IMG/VR virus record: IMGVR_UViG_3300025600_000039
Span: 1 to 34,768 of that record
Source of the DNA: a virus
Taxonomy: Duplodnaviria > Caudoviricetes
Reading direction: 5' to 3' (one strand)
Length of the DNA: 34,768 bases
Position 1 is the first letter of the stretch. Each line of letters starts with the position of its first letter. Made by a program: the position numbers and the translations under genes. The notes beneath the pieces are model-generated. The model worked only from the letters and a program-made list of their open reading frames with translations. It ran no database searches and was not told where the DNA came from. Positions 1-9,552 of this stretch are shown piece after piece.

Positions 1-471
1 TGAATCTAAATATGCTATTCTAGTCGATGCTTTATATTCTACAATTCTGCGTGTACGAACTGGGGCAGTGCCATATTCAATCCAATATCCAACATAAAAA
101 TTATCTGGCTTTGTATTTACTGCAAGGGTTATATTATCTGGTGTAACCGTATTAATTGCTGTTGCTGTGCCTGTTGCAATACTATTATTGGAATAGACAT
201 TTAAGAATAATTTATAGTCTTGTCCGTTCACCATAGTAGTAGTAACATTATAAGGCAATGTAAAAGTTAGAATTGCACCATTTGATAGTGCAGGGGATAA
301 AGTTTGTTTACCAGAATCATACATTAAATTATTGTTTGAGTTATCATAGATTTGATATTTATAGGAAATTGCAGTTCCACGAATTGTTGCAGTTACTTTA
401 TTTGTAGATAGAGTTGTATCAATTGCTTGATTTTCAAGACTGATATATACTGGAGTGTAAATTGAAGCCAT
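1..471 (-). CDS. Partial tail/baseplate-region protein downstream of the tape measure gene (runs off the window edge; not in the ORF track)
   Basis: ATG at 471 preceded by AAGAGGTG RBS; frame open to position 1 (MASIYTPVYISLENQAIDTTLSTNKV...); beta-strand-rich; directly follows the tape measure gene. Confidence 0.7.
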   Translation of the reverse strand, partial: MASIYTPVYISLENQAIDTTLSTNKVTATIRGTAISYKYQIYDNSNNNLMYDSGKQTLSPALSNGAILTFTLPYNVTTTMVNGQDYKLFLNVYSNNSIATGTATAINTVTPDNITLAVNTKPDNFYVGYWIEYGTAPVRTRRIVEYKASTRIAYLDS

Positions 472-527
472 TTATTTTTGTTCACCTCTTTAATTTATAA
501 TGGGAAAATAGGGAACGAGTGATAGAA

Positions 528-2712
528 TTAACTACCACTCGTTTGTGCTATTTGTTGAAGTTGTTGCATCCATCCTGTTGGATTATCGCTAATCATTTTG
601 CCAATATTAATTACAAAAGTTTGACCTTTATTATTTGTAACTGTTGATTGATTATTAGTCATAGCAGGGGATAGTGTGTTCATACTTGGCATATTATTTA
701 AGTCATAGGTAGGGTTGTTTAAAATCCAATCACCTATACCAGTTTGAGCCGATTGTATTTTCTTTTGATCTGCTACTTGAACCCATTTACCATGCTCATA
801 TGATAGACCTGATTTTGTGGATTGTGCATTTACGAGGTCTTGTTCAAGGGCAAGTAAAGATTTAGATTGATTGTATTGTGCTTGAATCTCGTCAGTTTGT
901 TGTTTTTTGAGGGTATAGATTTTTTCCTCTATGGATTGACGTTCTGCAAGGAGTAGATTACCTGATAATTCTTTGGTATAATATTCTATTTGTTGTTGGA
1001 TAGACTCTGCTGTTTGCTCTTGCATTGCTACTAGATGTGATTCTGCTTGGTCGGCTGCTGTGCGTGTGTCAGTATCTATTTGTTTACGTAGACTATATAT
1101 GCGTTCTTCATAATCCCATTGTTCTTTTTCAGATATAAAATTAGCTTTACCATTTCTTATGCGGTCAAGTTCTTGTTGTGTAGTGAGTTGTCCAATTTTT
1201 TTGAGATGTTCTATTTGAGCAAGGAGGGCATCTAGGGCAGGGTTGGAAGAAGTTGTACCACCATCAGGAATAAAGTCAGTAGTAGCACCACTATCATAAT
1301 CTCCAGTTTTTGCATTTGGGTCTATTACGGAAGTTGGGTCTGATAATAATCTTTTTTGAAAATCTCCAATATCTGCTTTTGCTTTGCCCATTGTTTCTGT
1401 TGCTAATTTCCTGCTATTTATCAATTTTTGAAGATTCCGATCAATTTTAGAAGCTTCGTTGTTCATATCTAAAAAAGCATCACCACTTGCTCCAGCAGGA
1501 TTTGATTTTACATATGATGCCATTTTTGCCTTTTGTGCATCTAATTGTTTCTGCGTTTCAGTTATCTTAGAAGTTGTATCATCTATAATTTGACTTTGAT
1601 CTAAAATAGTTCCTCCAGCCGTAGCTGCTTTATCACCAGAAGCCTTAGTAATATAATATTGTTCAAGTGCCGTAATATTTTTATAAATTTCTTCTCTATT
1701 TTTACTAAGTTTTCCAGTTTCTGTATCATATTGTAGATTTAAGTTGGGCATTAATTTATTTAATTCACCAACTAATGTTAACATTTGTGTCCTTTTAGTA
1801 TTACTTTTATCCATTTCAGTTGAAAGTTTAAATATATTTTCAATTAAACTTTTAGATACTTCTGTTTCTCCCATAGATGATGTTTTTTGTTTGTCTATTG
1901 CATCAGCATTTTGTTTGTATTCATCTGTAAGAGCCTTTTCTTTAGCAATTAGATCATCAACTGTTTTTTGATAAGTTCCTGTTTTATCATTTAACATTCC
2001 AAAACCATTAGTTGCTATACTTAGTCCAGTAACAATTAATCCTATAACTATAGGTAGTCCACCCATTACAATATTCATTGTACTAAGTGCGCTAGTTGCT
2101 TCTATAATTCCAATAATCATCTTTGGTAATGCCATTGCAACTGATAAAATTGCTGTTGTTAATAATCCTGATATAACTCCTGATAAGGCAGAAATAATCA
2201 ATCTAACTCCAGTTGCACTTCCTGATAATTTTAAAAATCCTGATGCTAAATCTAATAGACCTTTCATAGCATTTGAATCTATCAATTTCATCCACATTTG
2301 TTGTGCAGCATTTTTTACATCATTCATTTTCGCTTCTATTGATGTTCCATAAGTGCCGTATCTCCGCATAGCATTTCCAGCAGAAGTTGCTTGTGTTTCT
2401 TGTTGTTGAAGGGCAACATTCATATTATTTAATAATGCGAGTAGCTGATTGCGCTGGCGTGTACCTCCAATTGCTGTTATCGCTGCATTTTGTTGTACTT
2501 GATCGAGATTTTTCCAACTTCCTGCTAATTTATTTAATACAATATTGAAGTTTTTAAATTCTCCAGATGTAGAACGAATAGCAATAGCAGCACTATTTCC
2601 ATTTTTATCTACAAGATTGTTTAATACCTTTTCTACATTATTAACTGATTCACCATTGGCATCATTTTGTGCGCCAGCTTTTACGTTTTCATATCTCGAA
2701 AATATAGAGTTA
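528..2712 (-). CDS. Tail tape measure protein, exon 2
   Basis: The frame of the 631-aa ORF stays open for 96 more codons upstream of its ATG (NSIFSRYENVKAG...IRSTSGEFKNFNIVLNKLAGSWKNL...IGGTRQRNQLLALLNN), matching the TP901-type tape measure core; hydrophobic stretch and coiled coils follow. Confidence 0.9.
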
Positions 2713-2963
2713 CCAATCTGTTACTTTTTGTGACCTATATAAATATAGGCGGTCAGAGTTCTTCGACTCTAACTCTCTCCCTTGCTAAAAATAATTATAG
2801 GAGAGTGCAGACTATCATATTATCATTATAAATGACATTCTCTTGTTTAGTCGTTCAGGCTGTATTTAAACTTGCCCCCTGTCACCCTTCTCAGAGTTTC
2901 CAAGTCAATTAAAGAGAATTTTCTTAATAGATTATTTATTATGCTATTAAGCCCCCAACATTA
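2713..2963 (-). ncRNA. ORF-less group I self-splicing intron (251 nt) in the tape measure gene
   Basis: 5' exon ends CCCU, pairing with the intron G-run via a U-G wobble (P1). Other pairings: P2 CUUAAUAG/CUAUUAAG, P3 AUUCUCUU/AAGAGAAU, P7 GACUA/UAGUC, P9.0 UCUG/CAGA, P10 GUUG with 3' exon UAAC. Terminal omega-G at 2713. Removal gives the in-frame junction ESIGTSL-NSIFSRY. Confidence 0.92.
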
Positions 2964-4597
2964 AGGGAAGTACCTATACTTTCTGGATTTTGACGAGTTA
3001 TAGAACTTATTGTTCCTATATATGAAATTAATTGTGATAGATTAACGCCAGCAGCTTGGGCAGATGAAGATGTCTTATTTAATGCCTTACTTAGTTCAGA
3101 AGTGCTAGTAGCACTTGTATTATCCACTGCAACCATTTTATCAACGACACCCATCATTTCATTTGCATTCATATGAAAGGCATTCATAATAGCTATAAGT
3201 GATTGTGCAGAATCTTGTTGGGATTGTCCAGCAATTTTACTCATTACTGTACTTGCTTGTAATAATGATGTTGTATCTTTTGAATTATTTCCAGCTCTTA
3301 AAAATTCTTCAGATGCAGTCATTATTGCAGAAGTTGTTTCATGTAATTGACTTGCTAAATTTGAATATTCTTTTGTTAGTGATACAACTTCATCTCTTGA
3401 TTTGCCTGTGATCATTTGTATATTAGTCATGGATTTATCAAGATCAGCAACAAAACTAAATGCTTGAGAAATTTGTCGAATTGTGCCGAACAAAATACCG
3501 CCTATAACCGCCCACTGAAGCATTTTTTTTCCTGCATCAAACCATGATTGTCCCATTCTTGCTGTACCAGCAGTTGTATTTTCAATCATAGGATTTAAAG
3601 TTCTTGTTTGATTTTCAATAGCTGATAGTCCCTGTGTTGCTACACTAGTTCTATTAAATAAATTTTCAAAAACAGATGCACTTTCTCTAGCAGAAGAATT
3701 TAAAGTAGAAAAATTAGCATTAGTTGCATCTAAAATACTTCTTTGTGAGTAAATTGAACTGCTATTTCCCATATATCCACTGGAATTAGGGTTGGATACG
3801 CTATTCATTTGAGCTTTATATTTTAACCACATTTCGTTTTGTAACATATCTTGTTTATTTATAGCTGATATTATTTTATTTTCGTCTTGCATCCATTTTT
3901 GGTAAGATTCTTGTTGTTGTTGTATTTGTCTGTTATACATTCTATCTACAACAAGTTCATATTTTTCTAAATATGCTGTTTTAGATTTTTCATCTTTGAT
4001 ATACTCATCATAAGTTTTTTGTTGTGCATTTTGAATCTGCTGTTCTGCTTTAATCCCTGCATTGGCTCTTGCGCCAATATTATTAGTCGTGTTATCTGTC
4101 GTTAATCCATTTGGAATAGTAGTAACTGCTTTAGTTACAAAATCATCTTGATAAGTATTAGTTTGACTACCAATCACGCCATTAGTTGATTTTATATTTT
4201 CTTTAATTAGAGTCATTTGTTGTAATGCAAGTTCTTTATTTACAGCAATTTGTCTTTGTTTGGCTTGAGTATTTTTATCAGTTTTTGTAGTATCAGTAAC
4301 TACTACTTCACCATTCCGTCTGATATCTTCAACAACCGTTTTGATACTTCCATCTAATTCTTTTGTAACTGTAATATTTTTTCTAATTGTTTCATTTTGC
4401 TGAATTAACATATTATTCATTTTATCAATTGCTTCTGAAAAATTAGTTAATTCTTTTAAAACTTTTGGATCAATATCAATTTTAAGATTAAGATGACTAA
4501 GTTTACTTGAAAGAATTTTAATCTGCTCATCTATTTGACTTTTACTTCCAACAGTATCTAATCCAGCTTTAAGTAGCATACTAAGATTACCTGCCAT
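2964..4597 (-). CDS. Tail tape measure protein, exon 1 (spliced product 1272 aa)
   Basis: TP901-family tape measure core (LDKSMTNIQMITG...EEFLRAG...VVDKMVAVDN...ELSKAL...ITRQNPESIGTSL). The stop of the called 552-aa ORF lies inside the intron. Confidence 0.92.
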
Positions 4598-4644
4598 TTA
4601 TTTTATCAGTCCTTTCGTTTAGGATTTTGAATTTGGGTATAGAA

Positions 4645-4670
4645 ATAAGAGGATATTTCTATTCTCTTAT
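4645..4670. terminator. Stem-loop upstream of the tape measure gene, possible terminator
   Basis: ATAAGAG...CTCTTAT inverted repeat; weak U-tail on the minus strand. Confidence 0.4.
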
Positions 4671-4728
4671 GCATATAATAATATTAAGATTTATTATATT
4701 TTATTGTTATTATGATTTTGTTTATGTC

Positions 4729-4757
4729 TTGACTTTTTGCCAAATTATGTTTATAAT
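4729..4757 (+). promoter_or_regulatory. SigA-type promoter for the lipoprotein gene
   Basis: TTGACT-N17-TATAAT. Confidence 0.75.
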
Positions 4758-4778
4758 ATTTTATGGAGAGTGATTATT

Positions 4779-5396
4779 ATTAAAAGAAAAATTAGTTTAA
4801 AAACAGTTCTAATTGTTTTATGCTTTATAGTGGTGATATCAATGTTTAATTCATGCACTAAACAAATGCCAGTAAATACATTATTATCTTCATCCACATC
4901 ATCTTTATCCGAAAATCAATCATTTCCCTTTACAATTCCCAACTGGTTAATATTTGGAATGAAAGAGGGAGATATTAGAAGCCATTATTCTAAAGAACCA
5001 TACTCATTTAAAACTACAATATATTACGATTCAGCTAATTATAATGGGAATATGGAATATACCCCTTATTACGGAATGTCAGATGATAATAAATTAATAT
5101 TATTGCAATATGTTATTGAATATTATACTGGTACAACTGACAAAAATAAAACCTATATTTCAACCTATAATTCAATCAAAACTGAAATATCTAAAATCTA
5201 TGGTAATCCACAATCTTCGACAGATAAATGGGTTAATGATAAATATAAAAATGATTCATTGATGGAAAATACTGCAATATCAACTGGTGATTATACTATT
5301 CAATCTCTTTGGGAAAAGAATGGACTTTATATTTCTTTAACATTAAATAAGAATTTTACAATCAATTATACTAAAGATAAAACAGAATGGCATTAA
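4779..5396 (+). CDS. Putative lipoprotein/exported protein (moron, opposite strand); start uncertain (GTG 4770 or ATT 4779)
   Basis: Basic N-terminus KRK, hydrophobic core, lipobox-like MFNSC and Ser-rich linker. The called TTG at 4737 lies inside the promoter; RBS-like GGAGAGTGA at 4765-4773. Confidence 0.7.
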   Translation: MKRKISLKTVLIVLCFIVVISMFNSCTKQMPVNTLLSSSTSSLSENQSFPFTIPNWLIFGMKEGDIRSHYSKEPYSFKTTIYYDSANYNGNMEYTPYYGMSDDNKLILLQYVIEYYTGTTDKNKTYISTYNSIKTEISKIYGNPQSSTDKWVNDKYKNDSLMENTAISTGDYTIQSLWEKNGLYISLTLNKNFTINYTKDKTEWH

Positions 5397-5415
5397 TATT
5401 AAATTAAATAATAGT

Positions 5416-5447
5416 AAAGACCGCTTAAATTAACAGGCGGTCTTTTT
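5416..5447. terminator. Bidirectional intrinsic terminator between converging genes
   Basis: AAAGACCGC...GCGGTCTTTTT inverted repeat, overlapping the last codons of the endonuclease gene. Confidence 0.75.
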
Positions 5448-7238
5448 AACATCTACTTTCTTAAATCCAAATTCCTTTCGATATTTAAGTCTACATTCTT
5501 GACTGCAAAATACCCAATTGTCCCTTTTTAATTTACTAGGAATTATTTCAACTTCACTATTACAACAATCGCAATTAGTTAATACTTTTTTATTTTGCAT
5601 AATTGCAGAACATTTTATGCTACAATAATGATGTTCATGTCGATTATAGTGAGATATTAATTCTTCTTTCTCATTACCACAACACTCACAATTAAAAGTT
5701 ATCCATTTATCCAATTGTTTTCTACTCATTTTTTCTTTAACGGTAGTATTAATAATTATTTTTAAATCTTCAATATCCCATTCCATATATGGTTTTATTA
5801 AATTTTCGTTTGATATAAGACTATTAGTATATGTATAATTAAAAGAATGATAATTTTTTAGAATACCTTTATTTAAAATATATTCTAAAACTAATTGACT
5901 ACAAAGTTCTGGATTATTTAATATATCATATTCCCATAAATATAAGATTTCTATATTATGATCTTTCTTAATGTTGATATGTTTTATTTTATCCATTCTA
6001 ATCCTATTAACTTGCATTGAATAGTTTATAGTTGAATAAAATCTATTATCTGTGTGCCAATATGTTCCCTGACACTCCACAATTAAATTATGTTCAGGTA
6101 AATAATTATCAACAGCACAATAATTAAATGCCTTTTCATTTATATATTTTACATTTATTTTATCAAGTATGCTATTTAATTCTCTTTGTGCTTCTGTATC
6201 AGTTCTGCCAAACGTTCCATTTTCTAACATATTTACTGCTCTTATTTGAGCAGTCTTTCTCCATTCATCTGTTTGTGATATAACTTCTGCATACCATTTT
6301 TGTCTACACTCATTTGAACAACATTTTGCACTTTCAATTTTAAATGGATTGACTAAAAATTCTTTACCACAACATATACATATTAAAGTTCTTTGTTCTA
6401 TGGATATATTTTTATTATATCCATTAGCATTTTCACCTATTAAATTTTGAGATTGCCACTTACCTTGACATTGAATTGAACACATTTTTTGAGTACAAGA
6501 TTTTAAACATTCAAATTCTTTGCCACATATTTCACATTTTCTGATCTCATGTGCTTGTTCGCTTCTAAATGTATCTGCACATTTAACACTGCAAAAATGA
6601 TTTTTCGTTTGTTTAATCTTTGATGGATTTGTAATAAATTCTTTACCACATAAATCACAATTATATTTAATTTCTCTTTTCTGTGATAATTGACTACATT
6701 TTGCTGAACAAAATTTATCTTTACCTTTATTAACCCTACTTAAACTAACATAAAAAATTTTACCGCAATACTGACAAATTTTCTCAAATTCCTTTTTATT
6801 TTGGGTTTTAATTTTTCCATTATAAGTTCCATTACATTTGTGACTACAAAAATTATTTCCATTTGTGAAATATTGATATAATTTAACATAAAAAATATTT
6901 CCACATTCTGAACAGATTTTCTCAATTTTTATAGGAATTTTACCACCAATTTTTAAATTATCTTTTAATAATCTACATAAATTATCTAAAGTTTTATTAT
7001 CTAATAATTTTTTAATTTCATTTAATGTTTTTACTTTTTTATTTAATAATTTATCTAAAATAATTCTATATTCAAAAATAGTCCAATTATTAATTATCAA
7101 TGGTTTATTACGTTTGAGATAATCACAAACTTTACATCTTAAATAAGAATATGCTCCATGACTTTTTGCTTTATTAAATTCACTAATCGGCTTTTCCTCG
7201 CCACAATCTTTACAGATTCTACTTTTAATTTCTTCCAT
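5430..7238 (-). CDS. Free-standing putative homing endonuclease: Vsr/DUF559-like PD-(D/E)XK domain flanked by many CxxC...(F)CSxxC zinc-binding repeats
   Basis: Repeated CxxCGKEF...FCSxxC units; nuclease motif VDNYLPEHNLIVECQGTYWH...DKIK...ILYLWEYDI. Confidence 0.75.
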   Translation of the reverse strand: MEEIKSRICKDCGEEKPISEFNKAKSHGAYSYLRCKVCDYLKRNKPLIINNWTIFEYRIILDKLLNKKVKTLNEIKKLLDNKTLDNLCRLLKDNLKIGGKIPIKIEKICSECGNIFYVKLYQYFTNGNNFCSHKCNGTYNGKIKTQNKKEFEKICQYCGKIFYVSLSRVNKGKDKFCSAKCSQLSQKREIKYNCDLCGKEFITNPSKIKQTKNHFCSVKCADTFRSEQAHEIRKCEICGKEFECLKSCTQKMCSIQCQGKWQSQNLIGENANGYNKNISIEQRTLICICCGKEFLVNPFKIESAKCCSNECRQKWYAEVISQTDEWRKTAQIRAVNMLENGTFGRTDTEAQRELNSILDKINVKYINEKAFNYCAVDNYLPEHNLIVECQGTYWHTDNRFYSTINYSMQVNRIRMDKIKHINIKKDHNIEILYLWEYDILNNPELCSQLVLEYILNKGILKNYHSFNYTYTNSLISNENLIKPYMEWDIEDLKIIINTTVKEKMSRKQLDKWITFNCECCGNEKEELISHYNRHEHHYCSIKCSAIMQNKKVLTNCDCCNSEVEIIPSKLKRDNWVFCSQECRLKYRKEFGFKKVDVKKTAC

Positions 7239-7299
7239 ATCTTTTCATCTCTCATTCCTTTAATTTTATTTTATCTGTTTGCTCTCAAAAAATATATAT

Positions 7300-7375
7300 A
7301 AGCAGGAAAATAGTGAATGAGAGAAATTCACTACTTATCAATCAAGTCAGCTAAACTTAATCTATCCCCACTATC
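7300..7375 (-). promoter_or_regulatory. Structured 5' leader (three-stem) of the endonuclease gene
   Basis: Stems GAUUAAGU/ACUUGAUU and UAGUGAAU/AUUCACUA, enclosed by GUGGGGA/UUCCUGC; loop-region UCUCUCA is complementary to UGAGAGA in the ribosome-binding region. Confidence 0.5.
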
Positions 7376-7410
7376 AAAAGAGCGCACTATACTTCTGCAT
7401 AGCACACCCT
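7376..7410 (-). terminator. Intrinsic terminator after the 104-aa gene
   Basis: GUGUGCUAUGC-AGAA-GUAUAGUGCGC hairpin followed by UCUUUU. Confidence 0.55.
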
Positions 7411-7423
7411 ATCAACCAATTAT

Positions 7424-7738
7424 CTAACAGCCCAACCATATCTGCAAATCAGCCTTATACCCATCACTAAATCCATCAGTACTATTCCCAGCACTTCGAG
7501 TATATATCCAAATGCAATCATCTTCCACAATCTCAATATCAACAATATCGCACTTATTAATAATCAGCAGGGAATTTTCTGCTTCACTATCACCAAGAGC
7601 AAAAGAAGTATCATTCTCCAGAATCTCGAAATGGTCAATATGTAATGGTAGACTCACTGTGCTAAACATCTCTACAAATATGTATTCCCCTTGTTTGCTG
7701 CCTAGTATCTCTTTTAACATCCTGTATTTTTCCGTCAT
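7424..7738 (-). CDS. Acidic hypothetical protein (104 aa)
   Basis: ORF with AAAGGA RBS, its own promoter and terminator; no recognised motif. Confidence 0.7.
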   Translation of the reverse strand: MTEKYRMLKEILGSKQGEYIFVEMFSTVSLPLHIDHFEILENDTSFALGDSEAENSLLIINKCDIVDIEIVEDDCIWIYTRSAGNSTDGFSDGYKADLQIWLGC

Positions 7739-7789
7739 AATTTAAAACATCCTTTATAAAATAAATTTGGTAATCTTTACCTCTTTTAC

Positions 7790-7842
7790 ATTATAAAGGA
7801 TATTTACTTAAAAGTCAACACTTTTATTTACTAATAGGTAAA
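7790..7842 (-). promoter_or_regulatory. SigA promoter with two overlapping/adjacent palindromic operator candidates
   Basis: TTGACT-N17-TATAAT (7818..7790); TTTAC-N6-GTCAA at 7803-7818 and TTTAC-N6-GTAAA at 7827-7842. Confidence 0.65.
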
Positions 7843-7851
7843 TAATTCTAA

Positions 7852-8079
7852 TTACCTATTATCTATGACTTCACATTCAAACAATGACTCAATATCAGTT
7901 TTTAAGAAATATGCAATTTTAAAAGCTAAATCTAACATTATATTATCAGCTTTGCATATCGAATGTAATCTTTGCTTGGTTATTCCAAGTTGTTTGCATA
8001 TCCAAATTTTTGTAGTGCCTGTATTTGCTTGATATTCTTCAATTCTATCTGCAATTTTATTAGTCAATTTAATTTGCAT
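7852..8079 (-). CDS. XRE/Cro-type helix-turn-helix regulator
   Basis: KIWICKQLGITKQRLHSIC...LDLAFKIAYFLKTDIESLF pattern typical of HTH_3/HTH_26. Confidence 0.85.
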   Translation of the reverse strand: MQIKLTNKIADRIEEYQANTGTTKIWICKQLGITKQRLHSICKADNIMLDLAFKIAYFLKTDIESLFECEVIDNR

Positions 8080-8119
8080 AATTTCATCTCCAATATCATA
8101 TTTAATACCTTAGTAGTTA

Positions 8120-8148
8120 AGTATATAATATTATTGACCTTTTGTCAA
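8120..8148 (-). promoter_or_regulatory. SigA promoter of the HTH gene with a palindrome over the -35
   Basis: TTGACA-N17-TATACT; TTGAC-N5-GTCAA at 8134-8148. Confidence 0.7.
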
Positions 8149-8191
8149 GTACAGCAATACTTTTATGTGAAAATATTGAATGTGAGGTATA

Positions 8192-8228
8192 AAATAAAAC
8201 ACCCCTGAAATTAATCAGAGGTGTATTT
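8192..8228 (-). terminator. Intrinsic terminator after the PemK/MazF-like gene
   Basis: ACACCUCUGA-loop-UCAGGGGUGU followed by UUUAUUUU. Confidence 0.75.
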
Positions 8229-8246
8229 GGTTATAATATGTAATTT

Positions 8247-8846
8247 TTATTTATTAGGTTTTATGTAATTTTCCTTGATTTCATTAATCAAAGTGTCTAA
8301 TACATCAAATATTTCGTTAAGCAATCCATAATCGTTTACTTTAGAAACTATTTTTCTAATTTTTTCTTTAATATTTTTATCAATAAATGTAATTACATTT
8401 AAAAATTCATACTCTAAGGATTCGGAAACTTCCTTTTTAATAAGTTTGTCCAACTCATAGGTAATTACAATTTTATAATCTAATTCGATTAAATCCAAAT
8501 CATTAAGAGTTGCATTTATTTTAATTTTAGATGTGCCTTTATAAAAATCTTGTAGTTCATTTAAATCAACTGGTATAATCATATCAAGATTAATATAACT
8601 ATCAACATCAAGAAACATCGGATAGTCATCTTTTTTTAATGAAACATAATTTGGTGGAATACTTCCTTTAGTAGACAACGAACTTGCCTTTGTAATTGGG
8701 GCAACTAATACTACATCATAAGGAGTCGGTCTCTGATGTAAAACAACCACTCTATGAAATTCACATAAAACTTTTGAATCTTTTATAATCGCTGTTTTTC
8801 TCTTTGGAAAATCATAAGTGAGTAGCTGTCCTTTTTTATAACCCAA
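8247..8846 (-). CDS. PemK/MazF-like toxin-family protein with a C-terminal helical extension
   Basis: N-terminal YKKGQLLTYDFP, HRVVVL...VVLVAPIT and DSYINLDMIIPVD fit the PemK fold; about 65 extra helical residues at the C-terminus. Confidence 0.7.
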   Translation of the reverse strand: MGYKKGQLLTYDFPKRKTAIIKDSKVLCEFHRVVVLHQRPTPYDVVLVAPITKASSLSTKGSIPPNYVSLKKDDYPMFLDVDSYINLDMIIPVDLNELQDFYKGTSKIKINATLNDLDLIELDYKIVITYELDKLIKKEVSESLEYEFLNVITFIDKNIKEKIRKIVSKVNDYGLLNEIFDVLDTLINEIKENYIKPNK

Positions 8847-8868
8847 TTATTTCACCGACCTATTGTTA

Positions 8869-9042
8869 TTATTTGTCATCTAAATGTTTTGAAATTATTT
8901 TTTGCGATTGAGGTTTAATAAATTTTTTGAAAAATTTTCTTTGTGAATCAACCAATTCTTTTGGAATTTGAGATATGTCGTAATTGCATGAATATCTTTC
9001 TGTTCTTTTATTGTGTTCTCTAATTTCTAGTAAAGTATTCAT
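8869..9042 (-). CDS. Small basic protein upstream of the PemK-like gene, putative antitoxin/partner (probable start ATG 9042, 57 aa)
   Basis: AAGGAGG RBS precedes the second Met (MNTLLEIR); ends 22 nt before the toxin-like gene. Confidence 0.5.
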   Translation of the reverse strand: MNTLLEIREHNKRTERYSCNYDISQIPKELVDSQRKFFKKFIKPQSQKIISKHLDDK

Positions 9043-9338
9043 TCTCAAATCCTCCTTATTTAACCTCAATTTTTTCTTCTTACACATATTATCTCACTCC
9101 AAATCCAATAATACTTTGTAAAGATTATGGACGTTTGAAATGAGATATACACAATTTAAGAAAATAAACTTCCTTTTAGACTAACAAGCTTGTCCATAAA
9201 ACCAATTACGCAATTGATTAAAATACAGTCAAACCTTAATTTTTATACCTTGACATAATTGTCTGGATATTATAATAACATCAAACATAACTCAATACAA
9301 CACACTTACAAAAAGATTGTTAAAAATAAACAAATATA

Positions 9339-9376
9339 TTGTATAGCTTTGTATAGCTTTGTATAGCTTTGTATAG
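9339..9376. repeat. 10-bp tandem repeat (TTGTATAGCT)x3.8
   Basis: Read directly: TTGTATAGCT three times plus TTGTATAG. Confidence 0.9.
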
Positions 9377-9552
9377 GAAAAAGCTAAGAATAAATATAGA
9401 TTTTTGACGGTGAAAATATTATACCATAAATCTATCAAAATATCTTGCACTAAATTTGAACTTTTTCTACATTCTAATTGTAACATAAAAATTACAACAT
9501 TGGGTTGTGAATTATTTTCACAAATTAAGAGATTTATGCAGATAATTAGAAT

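Noticed and set aside
528-4597. Tape measure gene as a pseudogene, two separate genes, an intein or a programmed frameshift
   Set aside because: The interruption contains stop codons and a full set of group I intron pairings, and its precise removal restores the frame and conserved motif.
9339-9376. Type III TA antitoxin array or CRISPR
   Set aside because: The unit is only 10 bp with no spacers; type III antitoxin repeats are several times longer and are followed by a terminator before the toxin.
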